Below are positions 1-13,365 of a stretch of 64,000 bases of DNA, piece after piece. Below the pieces are notes generated by a model. That model ran no database searches and was not told the origin of the DNA. It saw only the letters and a list, made by a program, of their open reading frames with translations. The DNA is from Paraspadella gotoi. Lineage: Eukaryota; Animalia; Chaetognatha. A program made the position numbers and the translations under genes. The DNA is taken from NCBI GenBank assembly GCA_051294375.1, contig CM119264.1:10453832-10517831 (forward strand). Reading direction: 5' to 3'. How positions within the stretch are numbered: position 1 is the stretch's first letter; each line of letters begins with the position of its first letter.

Positions 1-223
1 ATGCAAATCGATTTAGAGACGAACGAGAGACGAACGTCGCTCGAGGATTCGTGGATTTCCGCATCGAGAAACAACGATTTAGTTCAGCGAAGAGAAAAGG
101 GAGCGATGCTGCAGAGTAATACCGTAGAGGAAGGGAAGAATCCGCGATACAGTCAATTGGTCTCGCCTTTTTTGTACGAATAAAAGGAATAAATGATAGA
201 GCTATTCTAGGCAGTTTATGAAA
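1..223 (+). repeat. Near-identical duplicate of 1582-1812, ending at an N-gap
   Basis: atgcaaatcgatttagagacgaacgag...gcagtttatgaaag occurs at both places with only small indels and substitutions. Confidence 0.85.
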
Positions 224-1856
224 GNNNNNNNNNNAAAGAAAAAGGAATATGAGGGAAAGAGAGGAATAAGAAAGGAAGAAAAGAAGAGAAGAAGGAAGAA
301 GAAAGGAAGAAAAGCGAGATAAATCTTGACTCTCCGGAGAAGAAAGATGTCTGATTTGTGAGAAAAGTAAGAGAGAGAAGTCTGAGCAAAAGACAGAGAG
401 AGAGTCTAGCTGGATTTAAACTCGAAAAGGAACGAGTAGAGACGATTAAGATAAAAAATAAAAAAAATCGAGAAAAACTTTGTTTGAATATAATTCCTTA
501 TGAACGAGCGAGTTCTATTGATGCAAAATAAAAAAAACTAGGTAACGGGAAGAATGATGAGAAATCGTTACTGACGCCGACGCTGATTCGCGATTCGAAA
601 AAAAAAATGAGTTTCAAATCTTTTTTTTCTTTCTTTTCTTCTTCTTTCTGCTCGCGATGACTTTTGATGAATTATGGAGGAAGAACTATGACGTCATTCG
701 CGTCTCCCTCGTTCGATCGTCATCATCATCGTCGTTGTTGTCGTCATCGTCGTCATCGTCATTGAAAATTGACTGACGTCGACTTTTATCTGACGAGGAT
801 CTCTCTTAGACCTCGGGAATTTTAATGTCGTCGTCGTCCCGTGACGGTTGACGTAAGCGTCGTATAGAGTCTGTGGAATCTCTCGTCATCATTTTCGGGG
901 AGTCTTGGTCACGTTACGTCCCTTGACTCTTGAACTTTGAACCCGTCACACCAATGCAAATTAAGCCAAGTCCGCGTCGTTGGCGAATGAGAGTTTAAAA
1001 TCGTCGCCCTCGTGATCGATAATCATTTTCAGGGAAAATCGATAATCGAAATCATCCTTAGTTTCACCGACGCCATCCCTACTTCCACCGCCACATCGTC
1101 TTCAACTCGAAAGCGTCACACTCGTCGGAATTCGTCTTCGTCGTCGTCTTCTTCTCAGGATCCAGAATTCTCTCTCGGGGTCAAGGCCTTTCGGAAAAAA
1201 GATTCTATAAAAAAAAATGGGAGTGCGGAGGAGATAGTCGTCAGAGATATAATGAAACAGAATAATGGCGAAAGAGAAAATATTTTTGTGATAAAGCGTA
1301 GAAAAAAAAACAAGGTGATAAAGCGAAAATTCGCGATTGGGCAGTTCGCAAATGAAAAAAAAAAGCAACTTGGATAAATCTTAATTCTTAATTCTTAATT
1401 CTGAGGCATTGGCTCATTAACTGAATTTGAATTTTCGACCTGAAAATCAATAAATGTAAAAATCGCCAAAAAACTCGCATTCTTCAGCAAAATCGATTTT
1501 TTTTTTTTTTGCTGCAAAAATTGGCGAGAATGCTCCGAAGATGTTCCACTGAGAATGGAGACGATTTGAGTGGAATCGATTATGCAAATCGATTTAGAGA
1601 CGAACGAGAGACGAACGTCGCCGAGAGATTCGTGGATTTCCGCAATCGAGAAACAACGATTTAGTTCAGCGAAGAGAAAAAGGAGCGATGTCTGCAGAGT
1701 AATAACCGTAGATGGAAGGAAGAATCCGCGGATACAGTCAATGTGGGTCTCGCGCTGTTTTTGGACGATAAAAAGGAATAAATGATAGAGCTATTCGAGG
1801 CAGTTTATGAAAGACGAGAAGCGAATCGAATTCGAGCACGATGTTGGCAATATTGT

Positions 1857-1857
<1 letters not shown>

Positions 1858-1902
<45 letters not shown>
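1858..1902 (+). repeat. (GAC)n microsatellite
   Basis: Perfect trinucleotide run. Confidence 0.95.
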
Positions 1903-1903
<1 letters not shown>

Positions 1904-4722
1904 TTGGTGATGACGGAGACGAAAAAAAGTGTCGCAGAGCAAAAACGATTTCTAGGAAGAGATTGCAAACTCAAAAGCCCATGATTGACCCAAGCAAGGA
2001 CATACACGATTTTTGAAATATAAAGACACTGTAACTGTTCCCTTGTAAGTCGTTTTCAACCTTTTTGAAATGAACACCCACCCCACCGGGCACCCAGAGG
2101 TCATCCTTCCCCCCTCCCTTCCGACTCCTTCCCTCACCCGCTTTCACGGCTTCGGTTTTCATCCCACCATCGATTTCGCGATGGCGAAACCGACTTTTCG
2201 CATCCATCATTTCTCCGTCTGAAGGTAAAAACGAAAAACGTGGACCGCATCAACTCGCCCAAACTTATCTTCCTCCAGAAAAACCAGCCCAATCTCGAAC
2301 CCCTAAATAGTATTTAGTCCAATCTCGTGTTCCACCACATTATCTCCCTCAAGATGGTTTATCTTAATCTCATCTCCCTAAACAGGATCGAGCCAAAACT
2401 TATCTCCCTCAATATAATCGAGTCCAATTTCATCTTCCAAAATATATTCTTGCCCAATCTCGCCTCAACATCAATTTTGCTCCATTCATCTCGCTCCATT
2501 CAATCTCCTTTTCATTTATCTCCGGTCTATTTTATTCTATTTTATCTCGGCCTTCCTCACCTTAGACCCTGGTTCATCTGCTCCAACCCGACTGCGTCTA
2601 AACTATAACTATAAAAATGATTATAAATCTGACAATAAATTTCGACTAGGCTTGTTTAATCATTCACCTGGCTTTTTAACCTTCCAGATTAAGCAAGCAT
2701 GGCTTACTGTATCTCTTCCTATCTCGCACTCGCATCATTCTATATGGCTCGGCTACCGCGCGCCTCACCTCCTTTACTTACTCATCCCGACCCAATCAAT
2801 CACGCCTCCCTTCAACAACTCCCATCAACGCCGCAACCTTAGCGCCCTCTCATGACTTGAATGTCAATAATGATATGTACATTGTACAACGTATGAATGA
2901 AATAATCTTCATATTGGTTGTACCGAATTTTTGCCAAGTTTTGGATATTTAGTAAAATAATAGTAAATAAGAATTTAGGAAACCGGAGACAAGAGAATTA
3001 TTCCCTCTCGAAGCCGCCACCAACATCACAAAACAACGCCCCCCCCCAGTATCCTTTCCTCCCTTTCACCCACCCTCCCCTTTCCTCCACCGAATTCGTC
3101 TTTTGCTCCAAATTCGAATAAAGATAACAAGTGGATTTACGATTCTCCGGGCGCCCGAAAGGCAAAACCTGCGTCGGAAGGCTGGGGTTAAGGGGGCAGG
3201 GGCCCGTGGCGGCGGGTGGGGAGAGGCGAGGTTTGTTTGTGAACCGGGGGTCGGCCAAGGGGTGAGGGTGAAGACGGTGGACGCAATAAGTAAGCGAGCT
3301 TAGGACTGCGTTGTGTATATGGGAGGCGGGTCTTGTCCAGTGCAGTGGTGACGAGCAAATAGTTTGCGAAAAGTTTACAAATTTAATTGACATATTGCGT
3401 CCACAATATAGCAATTAAAACGCCGTGTTTTTCGCGACATTTCTACCTTTGGGCGTCACGAGAGAAGACAAACGTGATAAAGGTATTTCTGTTTTGTTGT
3501 NNNNNNNNNNNNNNNNNNNNNNNTCGAAGCGACCAAAACGACACGCCCACCCAAAGTTGGCCATTTCATAATCGTTACACGGGAACGAGCGGGGACGACA
3601 GCGAAGTCTCCCTCTCTNNNNNNNNNNNNNNNNNNNNNNNNNNNNNNNNNNNNNNNNNNNNNNNNNNNNNNNNNNNNNNNNNNNNNNNNNNNNNNNNNNN
3701 NNNNNNNNNNNNNNNNNNNNNNNNNNNNNNNNNNNNNNNNNNNNNNNNNNNNNNNNNNNNNNCAGATAAAGAGAATTTTTAAAAAGCATTTTTGAAAAAT
3801 AGAGTTGTAATAATCAAGGATCTAGTACTTTAGTTTTTGATAAAGTTTTTTTTTCCTGTCGCAATTTTTCTCGGCGGATTTCGGTTTTTCTTTTGCAATT
3901 TTTTTTTCACCGGTTGTCAGACTGGCGTCGAGAATGACCCTTTCCATTGACCTCACCATTGCCATCTGCTTCCATTCACCATTCCTGCATCACGCCAGCT
4001 GCTCCATATTCGCCAATGCCATCTTCTCTCTTTCCGGAATTCCCGAGTTGTCCACCTGGTCCGGCTTTTTAGGGGTCATTCTCAATTCCACCCAGCCATT
4101 TTCATTCCGCAAGAGGCCAAGGGTGCGACTGTATTTACGAATGACTTGAAATACACACCGTGCCATCCACGAAATCCGCACCATGCCTCTCGCCTGCTCA
4201 TTTCGTTTCTTTTTATCGCACCGAAATTCCCCTTCCCCCCCCCCAAATTCCACTCTTACCCAGGATTTTTTTTTCTCTTTTTTTTTTCCTTTACGTTTTT
4301 CAATTTGATGAAAAGCTCCTCAGTGATTCTTGACCCGGTGACCTCGAAGGAACCTGTGCTGGTCATACGAATTCGCGCGGGGTTGAGCAGAAAATGGACC
4401 AATGAGAAGAGAGAGAGTGCAGGAGTTGCACCAATGGAAGAAAGGCGAAGAGCCTGGTTCTAATCCCCACGAGCCAATCGAAAAAGCGGAGAGAGACTTT
4501 GACGCGTCTAACCTTTCGCTCTTCGCGACGTCTTGTGGCTGAAGATAGACTGATACTTTTCGAAAGGGAATCATGATAAGGTTCACGTAAGTTAAGAAAG
4601 ATTTAGATTATTAAAAAAAACTACTCATTTCGTCTGTTTGCTGTTTGAACTGGTTTTCTGTCTGATTTTCGTTTTTCTAGCCTTCCTTCCGAAATAGTTT
4701 TTATTAAGTGAAGAGAATCCGC

Positions 4723-4976
4723 TTCAGATGAGAACATTGTTTGAGCATGAGCAGTGCTTAATCTCGACATAATAATAACTCAATCCAGATACCAAAAGAT
4801 AAAAGTAGAACAGTAACTTAATTAAGTATTCAATATCCAACAGAGAAGAGCAACAGCATGATAAAGACAGACAAGCAGGAGAGCCGAGACGCAGCAGCAG
4901 CTCAAAGCTACAAAAAAAAAACTAAAAATTAACATATTCAAGTTACTTCACAAATATCATTTAAAACCTGATGGTT
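4723..4976 (+). repeat. Dispersed repeat copy A, inverted partner of 7552-7816
   Basis: ttcagatgagaac..ttgagc..gtgcttaatctcg..aagtattcaatatccaacagaga..gagccgagac..caaagctac matches the reverse complement of 7552-7816. Confidence 0.85.
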
Positions 4977-5162
4977 AGAGCGTAGTGAAAGTTACGTACG
5001 AAAATTCAAAAAGTCCATTATGAACAACATACCATCAATGAATTTGTAAAAAAAAATAATTTTAGGTTTTTTAATTTGGTGGTTTAAGGCCTCCATCACT
5101 CTTACAAGATATATAAGACATACAAGATATATAATACTATATGTAAAATACACACAGTAAAA

Positions 5163-6993
5163 TCAAACAACGCTGTCCAGCCATTCACTCCACTCGTCCG
5201 TCCTCTCCATCTTGTCTTCTTCTCCTTCGCAGTCACGACTCCTCGACCAAAAGCGACTCAAGTCGTCGTAGGATTTTCGCGGCGCCGATGGATCGTTCAG
5301 CGCCGCGCAGAGTCCGCAGAATGCAGGGCCAACGGTCCCGTCGGCGTTCACCTCGAACACGAAAGAAAAGCAAATTAATTAGATTTATAATATCGAAATC
5401 GACTCCGGCAATTTTATCGCTACAAGGTACAAACTCCACATTTATGTATGTAAAGTAAAAAGATGCATCTTTGCTTAGCGAGTTTCATTTTTAACTTACA
5501 TCACACATGTCATATATTTACATCAAATTATTACTACTTTCCTATAAAAAAACCCACCTCGTAATCCTCCCGCCAGGCGTGGAAGGCGTCGTAGAGATGA
5601 TCGTTCCTATCGAGAAGTTGGAGATACTCGGCCAGGCGTCGCGGAGACGAGAATTTCGCGGCGTCGACGAAGGAGTTGGGTGGGGCGTCGGCGGCGTAGT
5701 CGGCGCCTCCGAGCACCACCGGTATCGCCGTCGTCCGCGCCAGGGTGTTCCAGAACTTTTCCGTGACGTAATCGCGACAGACTGAGTTTTCGAAAGCGAG
5801 GTAGAATTTGTATCGATCCGAGATCATGCGGTTGCAGTCGGCGTAGGCGGCGTTGGGGCAGTGGAGGGGGCCGCATCCGCCGTAGATGTCGACGTGGATG
5901 TATCTGCATTGGATGTAAGAGGGTTGAAAGGATGTTGAATAAAGAGAGATGGAAATAGCATCGGACACTGACATGGAAATAAAAGGCTTAAAAATATACT
6001 TGGGATTAGAAACGGCGATGTCGATAAAAAGGAAAAGACAACATGATGAACATTATGGCGAGGACGGCGTTAATAAATATCAGACAGTCAGATGACAAGG
6101 TGTAAAAAAGGTCAGCTCACCGATCACTACACAATAACTACCAGAACTTGGACAAAACCAACAACAACTTTTACTCACTTTCTAAGTCGACGGACGTATT
6201 TCTCCCTTTGACTATCCGTGTCGCAGTGAGACACTATCCACGCCACCAATCGGTTCTTCCTTCCGGCCCAATGCTCCTTCAAGGAAAGGGCGCCGCGCTT
6301 CCTGTTCTGGTACCACCCACCTTTTTCCTCTTCTCCTCCTCGCATTCTTTTTCTTTTTCTCTTTCTTCTTCCTTTGCTCTGCCTCTTCCTTCTCGAAAAA
6401 CCGTACAAAAACGGGAAGTCGCTATCTTTGCGATAAGTCATCGTCCAGTTGAAGAGACCGTCGAACATTCGCAGATCCAAGTAAGTGTGGACGGGGGACT
6501 CGTTGAGGAAGAAGATCCACCTCTGCTGCGGCATTTCGGCCCGCAGCTCTCGCAGCAGATTAAGAGGCGCCCGTTGCTGCAATTCGCGCATGTGAATGAC
6601 GACGGCGTCGGCTTCGTCTAATCTATCCTTGTCGATCGTCGTCTCGCAGTGGCTCGTCGGGCATCCGGCGTCGACGAAAGGCTGCGACCCTAGGCCGAAC
6701 CCGTAATCGAGCGACCCGTGGAACGCCGTCGCCAAGAGGATCAGTTTGCGACGCTGGGGGACTCTGGATGCGGCATTGGTTGTGGAGATGGATGCGGCGC
6801 TGGTTGAAGAGCTGAATGCCGTGCTGGACGCAGCGCTGAATGCGGAGCTGGATGCTTCGCCGCACGACGCCTCGGAATAGACGTCGCAGCGAAGTAGCCT
6901 GTACCAATGAGTCAATGCCAGCGAGGTCAACACCCAAAATGCGAACGCCCACATGTAGCGTAAAACACGCATCGGAAAAACTTGTTTCGTCAT
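5163..6993 (-). CDS. Alpha-1,3-fucosyltransferase (GT10 family), 3 exons
   Basis: Exons 6993-6179, 5903-5558, 5351-5163 join in phase (RLRK|YIHVDIYG; EDYE|VNADG). N-terminal TM anchor; motifs ADAVVIH, WIFFLNESP, FNWTMTYRKDSD, VAWIVSHC, YKFYLAFENSVCRDYVTEKFW (FucT motif), PPNSFVD, FCGLCAAL..KSYDDL. Confidence 0.95.
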
Positions 6994-7551
6994 GTTACTT
7001 ACAATTTTCTTATATTTTTATTATCTGTTATTGCGCGTTTTCGGAAAAAGCAGACGAATTGTTTTCTATCTCTTTTTCTAGACCGGTTTTTGGTATGACC
7101 GTAAAAGAAAGGGAGAAACAGGTATTAGATATTTCGCTCCGCGCTTAGAAAAAAATCCGAAAGAAGAAGCGGTTTCTGATAATTTTGGTTTTTAGTAATT
7201 TTTTAGCCCGTAGCGCTGTAAATATGACAAAACAATAGATTATTTCTGAAACTACCGTCTTTAAGCAATCTAATGCAGCCGGAACAAAGAAAATCCATAA
7301 AGGTCTTGACTAAAAAATACTGAGAATAAATATGGCGTTTAGTCTCATTTCTTTTGAAATTTTTTTTATATTGCGGTCTTTACTGTATAAGTCAAATAAA
7401 TATACAGTTGTTGTGCACTGATTCCGATTCTGTTGGGTTTAGCCTTTCTTTCAAGCACATAACGAAAAAAATAAATTGACGTCATAATAAGAAATAATAG
7501 TAATTAGTTCAAATCATATTCTCATAATTTGTCGTCATTTTTGTTTCTTCT

Positions 7552-7816
7552 TCCATCAGATATTAAATTAATTAACATAACATTATAATGTTTGTGAAAT
7601 TACTAATTTTAAGTTTTTATGTAGCTTTGAACTTCTGCTGCTGTGTCTCGGCTCTGCTGCTCCATCTCGGTTCTGCTGCTGCGTATTTGCTCTGCTGCTC
7701 ATCTCTGTTGGATATTGAATACTTAAAGTTACTAATCTACTTTTATCTCTTGGTATATGAATTGAGTTAATATTAAGCCGAGATTAAGCACTGCTCAAAC
7801 AAAGTTCTCATCTGAA
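7552..7816 (-). repeat. Dispersed repeat copy B, inverted partner of 4723-4976
   Basis: Reverse complement aligns to 4723-4976 with scattered substitutions and indels. Confidence 0.85.
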
Positions 7817-9100
7817 ACAGAGAAAAAAAGACCACAAAGAATTATTCAAAATAATATTTTTTAAAGGTTACTAAATGAATTTATTATTTTTACTTTTCAA
7901 CAAAAGGACACTTTATTATAGGTAATAATTATATAAACGTTTGAGGTAAAGAAAATTTTTGTTTACATCAAAAACATAATTCAAGCGTTTCTCTTTCAGA
8001 ATCTGTATTTTTTATTTTTATTTTTTTTTTTTGTTTAATTTAATTTCAAAAGTTGTTATACCCCGTGAGCCAAATCCGATGATACGAAAGAAAAATTAAT
8101 TATACGTAAACTATATGCCAATAAGAAAAAATTATAACACCAATTGAAAGAAAAATCATTGACGTTTTAAAAAGTTCAAAACATTGGTTAAAAACACTTT
8201 AAAATATTCTCAAAATGCTATCAAAATCAGTACAAAAAAATTCTTCATGGAGCAAAAAACCTATTTTTTTACTATTACAAAAGTTGAATGCTCATAACAA
8301 CTTTGGATTCTGCTTACAAACCTTTCTAGTTCTAAATCACCAAAAGAAAAAATAGGATTTTATAGGTTGGAACCTGAGGATAGCTAAGGAATATCATTTC
8401 TTCTCGAACTTTTTTTTTTAAATTAAGGTAAAAAACTTTTATGCAGTGGATGTTGTGATTCACTGGTCACTTTATCGAGCTTAATCTACCAATTTTGTAA
8501 ATTGTCTTACCATAAGCACTCCTCTTTCTTTAGTTTTTCAATATAGGACAAGCTAATTATAGGCAGTGAATAGACATCTTTGTCTTGCCAATAATCTTTT
8601 GGCACAAAAAAGCATTCTTGGAATTTTCTGAGTCAGCCAGCTATAATTATTTGAATAAAGGCTAGAGCATCATTCTTTCAGGAACCAAAAGGTTTATGGA
8701 TGTAATAGAAGGCAAAAAAAACACAATATATCTGTAACACTGCCTTAAAAACTTAATACAAAATTGTTCATTGCAATCGATTTTTAACAAATACGATTCT
8801 ACGACAATTTGGCGATTATACCATCCTTGTGAGAAAATAGATTTGAAGTTGTTAATGATAATTGATTGAAAAAAAATTTATACACAAAAAACGTCTAGTT
8901 TTATTACCAATTAAGTCACTCGGCCGAAGCAAAAAATTTAAATGGATCAAAAAGAAAATTTAACGAACGCAGATTTGTTTCAAAAATTGGGCGTGGAAAA
9001 TGACTATTTTTTTTCGGATTATTTCTCAACGCGTGAATCGATTGATTTGAAATAATAATCATAAAAAAAAGTTGAAACATACAGATATAATTTTTTTTTA

Positions 9101-9148
<48 letters not shown>
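9101..9148 (+). repeat. (GAT)n microsatellite
   Basis: Perfect run; explains the poly-Met and poly-His ORFs. Confidence 0.95.
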
Positions 9149-9420
9149 AATTGTTTCTGGCCAAACGGATAATACTTTTGAGTTTAGACTGGTCGTCCTG
9201 CGGACAACTTCTTGTCTGTCGTCGTCTTTAGTGTCGTCGTCGTTGTTGTTGTGGAAGTTGCGGTTCTCGTTGTCACGTCGCAGGTTGACGAATTGTTTCC
9301 TTCCCCGCCATCAACCTGGCTTCTTCCCTTGTTGCCAAGAAAACTTTCGTTATCCTACCCGTCAAAATTTTCATTCTCTTCCTCTCTCTTCTCTCTCTCT
9401 ACTCTCTCTCTCTTCCTCCA

Positions 9421-9462
<42 letters not shown>

Positions 9463-11903
9463 CACAGCCAGAGGATATTTTCCCGAACGACGTAATTGGA
9501 TTTCGAAGAGGAAGAAGGAAAAAGAAGTGAGAGAGAGAGAGAGAGAGAGAGAAAGCGAGAGCTTTGACTCCAGTTATTCAGAGGTTTTTTTTTATTCTCA
9601 ACTTATTTTCTTTATTTTTCTTTTAATATGAAGGCAAAGAGAAGTCCAAACATATTTTTTTTCTTTTTCCGTCTCCGCACCAAGTCGATGCCCTCTCTCT
9701 CTCGCATTAAGTTATTTTTGGCAGGGAGAGTTTTCAGTGTAAAAATTGTATAAATTATGCTTGTTACGAATAAACCAACCTATTGTTTTCTCTATTTCAT
9801 TCTGGCATCAATCACGACTTTACTCTGTCATTTCCTTCCTTCCTTTTATCGTCCTCGCCTCTCTCTCCAATTTTTCCTCTCCCCTTCAGCCATCGTTTCC
9901 GGACAGATTCTCCCGCCTCCAAATCTCCGTTCTTCAATACCGCGTCTCGGAGGGGGGGGGAAGGCTTTGACAAGCTGGGGGGAGCTGAATTTTTTCGTCG
10001 TTCCTTCTTCCACATCTTAATTTTAATAATGGAAGTCTTCCGCCGCTGCCGCCGCCGCCGGCGCCGCCCCTCCTTACCCCGTCGTCCTTTCGAAACTCTT
10101 GGGAGACGTAAAGGTTTCATTGTGCAGTCCGGAGGTGAGTTCGAAATTCCCACGGGTTTTTCTCGAAATTCGAAGACGGTAGGGACGGGTAAGGCGATAG
10201 CCGGCCGGAATTAAATCCCTCGAGTGAGAAAAAGATTTGAAATTCACGACGAACCTCGTGAATGACGCCTTCTCAATATTTCGATGAGATTTCTCAAAGG
10301 AGGAGGAGGAGGAGGAGGCGTCTGAAGAGTAACCATAACAACACCTTGCAAAATGATAATGTCAAAAATTGAATCATTTTCGGGCCCATGGCCAAATCAT
10401 AGAGAACCAAGTAGATTTTATTTTAATCCCATCATTTTTTCTGTTTACTTTACTCTACATTTTGAACAAAAACCACTTGCATTCCTGCCGAGCTCGCTCT
10501 CACTGTACTCATTTCAATAGTCCCGCAAGCGGACACCCATCTACTCTTACCAACCCTCGCCCGTCTTTTTCTATCTCTTTCTCATCGCGTCTCTTTTTTT
10601 CCCGCCACTCCAACACACCAAGCTCCTTCGATCCTCGCTCCTCAACCCCCCCCTTCCTTATTCCCGAAACGAAGCTCCTCCAGCCAAATTTAGCGGCGTT
10701 TGGCTCAGCGCTGACGAGGCGGCGATTCCCTTCGCTTATTACCTTCGTTCGGCTTCCGTCCCTGGGGAAACCTCATCGAGCGGATCGACCCTCGCGACCC
10801 CTTACCTTGGCAGCTCCCAGCCCGACACTTACCTTTTTTCCAAACCAAATTCAGCCCCTCCCTTTCCCCTTACTTTACAATTACCACCTGCGCCTGGGCT
10901 CCCTTAGTCCTAATTTTCTCCACGCCTCCTCACCTTTTTCTCCCCCTCTTTTTCACAGTATGTAAAGAATTCCTAATTTTATACATATTCTCCAGAAATT
11001 GATTTTCCTCTCAAACGAGACTCTTTCTCTTCCAACCTTTTTTTTTTTATCAGCGAGACCGATTCTTTAAAAGCGGTTTGTTGAAGATGACGATGCCGCG
11101 AGCAGTTCCGAGTCAGGCGCCAACAGAAAATGGTAGACGAGTCTGCCGGCACAGATTCCTCTTCTCTTATTTTTTAAGCAACCTTCCAAACTTTATCATT
11201 TTTCATGATCCCTTAAATTTTAATCACTCCCCAAATCACAGCTGCCCGTACATTTCTGTTGAAAGGATTATTACGACCGAACTTTTTAACCAACCGCTAG
11301 AGTTTCGACCCCCCCCCTTCATCCATATCCAAAATCCCAACCACATCTTCCTCCTACCCCCAAGGGTGCCCCCCTCGCGCCGACGAGGCACAGTCCCTTT
11401 TTCTTGATGGCCTTTGACCCCTTACTGATGACTTGGGGTAGAAAAGGGGCGAAGCGACAGTCGTTTCTTGTCATTGTCGGCATCGGAGAAATCGACATTG
11501 CGACGAAATGTTGTTTGCATCAGAGATGAGGCCAGATACAATTTGTTTTCCTGATACTATATACATGTTTCATCGAAAGAGGTGCTTGTTTNNNNNNNNN
11601 NNNNNNNNNNNNNNNNNNNNNNNNNNNNNNNNNNNNNNNNNNNNNNNNNNNNNNNNNNNNNNNNNNNNNNNNNNNNNNNNNNNNNNNNNNNNNNNNNNNN
11701 NNNNNNNNNNNNNNNNNNNNNNNNNNNNNNNNNNNNNNNNNNNAGAGTTTTAGAATATATTTCAGGCGAAAAAATAAACGAAAGAAGTACTTCATGCCCC
11801 AGGCTGAGAAGAAAGTCATCTCCAACCAAAAATTCGTTTCTTGAAAAAATAATGTTTTGTTCAAAACAGAATACACAAAACATAAAAAACCAATACAAAA
11901 ATT

Positions 11904-11946
<43 letters not shown>

Positions 11947-13267
11947 ATGCCTCGATCCATTTTTGTAACCCTTCGGTCTCTATGCGATGTATTTTCCTTA
12001 TCATCCGTGTTTTCTCTTTCCAGGCGGAGAATTTCCCCCCCTCCAATCCATCTCTCTTTGCCCGCTCCCTTCTTCCGTCCCGTTTTATTTATTTACATTC
12101 TTCGTGTTTTGTATTCACGTTTTTTTCGAATACAGATACCTATTTAAAGCTGCCGATGGAACAATTTTTTTTTAAATGAAAGACATAATAATGTTTAATT
12201 TTTAATCAGAATCAACAATGAGTTTATCATATTATTTATGGGGAGTCGGATTTATGGAAATTTTAATGCTAAATATATGTGCTTTTACGTTTTCCACCTT
12301 TTCCTAACTACAATATTCATATCTCGAAGAAGGTAAATGATATAGTTTTGTTTTAATGTATTTATGATTTCTATTTTTTAAATGAATGGAGAATTTTTAT
12401 ATTGGTTGTACCAATTTCATAAACGGAACTCAGAAACCTCATCTTGGTCGTCTTTGTCTTTTTGTTTTTTTCCCCGAATCCCCGATGACTAATTTCGGGG
12501 AATATTCCCTTTGATTTACTTTCGGTTCTTGGTCCCCGGTGGTTGGTTATTCCTTTTGTGCTTTTGATCACCGAAAAATGGAATATTATCACGGGGCCGC
12601 AAAAAATGGCCCTCGTCCGGCGCCTGGAAGCCTGATTCACGGCCACGCCCCCTCACGCCCCTTAGCGCCCCCTAGTTTTTTAATGAGGGGTGGAAGCGAG
12701 GGTGGNNNNNNNNNNNNNNNNNNNNNNNNNNNNNNNNNNNNNNNNNNNNNNNNNNNNNNNNNNNNNNNNNNNNNNNNNNNNNNNNNNNNNNNNNNNNNNN
12801 NNNNNNNNNNNNNNNNNNNNNNNNNNNNNNNNNNNNNNNNNNNNNNNNNNNNNNNNNNNNNNNNNNNNNNNNNNNNNNNNNNNAGAGAGAGAGAGAGAGA
12901 GAGAGAGAGATAGTGAAAGAAATTTTACGGGTGATGAATGGTCTCGTGGACGGGGACGGTCAGCAGTAAAAAGGAGAAGAGGAGGTCAAAACCCACTTGG
13001 ACGAGGGTAAGTTGAGATGAAATCGCATTCGGTCTTCCGCGATTCGACCCATAACGAGGGATGAAGAAGATTAGGGAGGCAGAAATCGTCTGCAATCGAG
13101 AGAAGAGGAAAGTTTGGGTCGATAACTCGGAGCAAAAGAATCGGAGAGTGGAATTGAAAGACTACAGTCTAGTTTACAATGACGCAAAAACCTGTGTTTA
13201 AATAAGTTTAATACTATTAAAGTGTTTAAAAGAGCTGATGTGGTTTCAATTGAGAACCAAATGTTCC

Positions 13268-13268
<1 letters not shown>

Positions 13269-13364
<96 letters not shown>
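13269..13364 (+). repeat. (AAT)n microsatellite
   Basis: Perfect run; explains the poly-Ile ORF. Confidence 0.95.

Positions 13365-13365
<1 letters not shown>

Noticed and set aside
1-1812. Direct repeat 1-223 / 1582-1812 as an LTR pair
   Set aside because: The first copy abuts an N-gap and differs mostly by small indels; no TG..CA ends, PBS or pol sequence. More likely a scaffolding or haplotype artefact.
3900-4463. Coding-looking blocks (minus 3990-4253, plus 4323-4463)
   Set aside because: Interrupted by stops, no recognisable domain, no phase-consistent partner exons.
11393-11452. Hairpin containing CTGATGA as a hammerhead ribozyme or pre-miRNA
   Set aside because: CTGATGA sits in the loop without the stem II/GAAA core geometry; arms are imperfect and no known miRNA was recognised.
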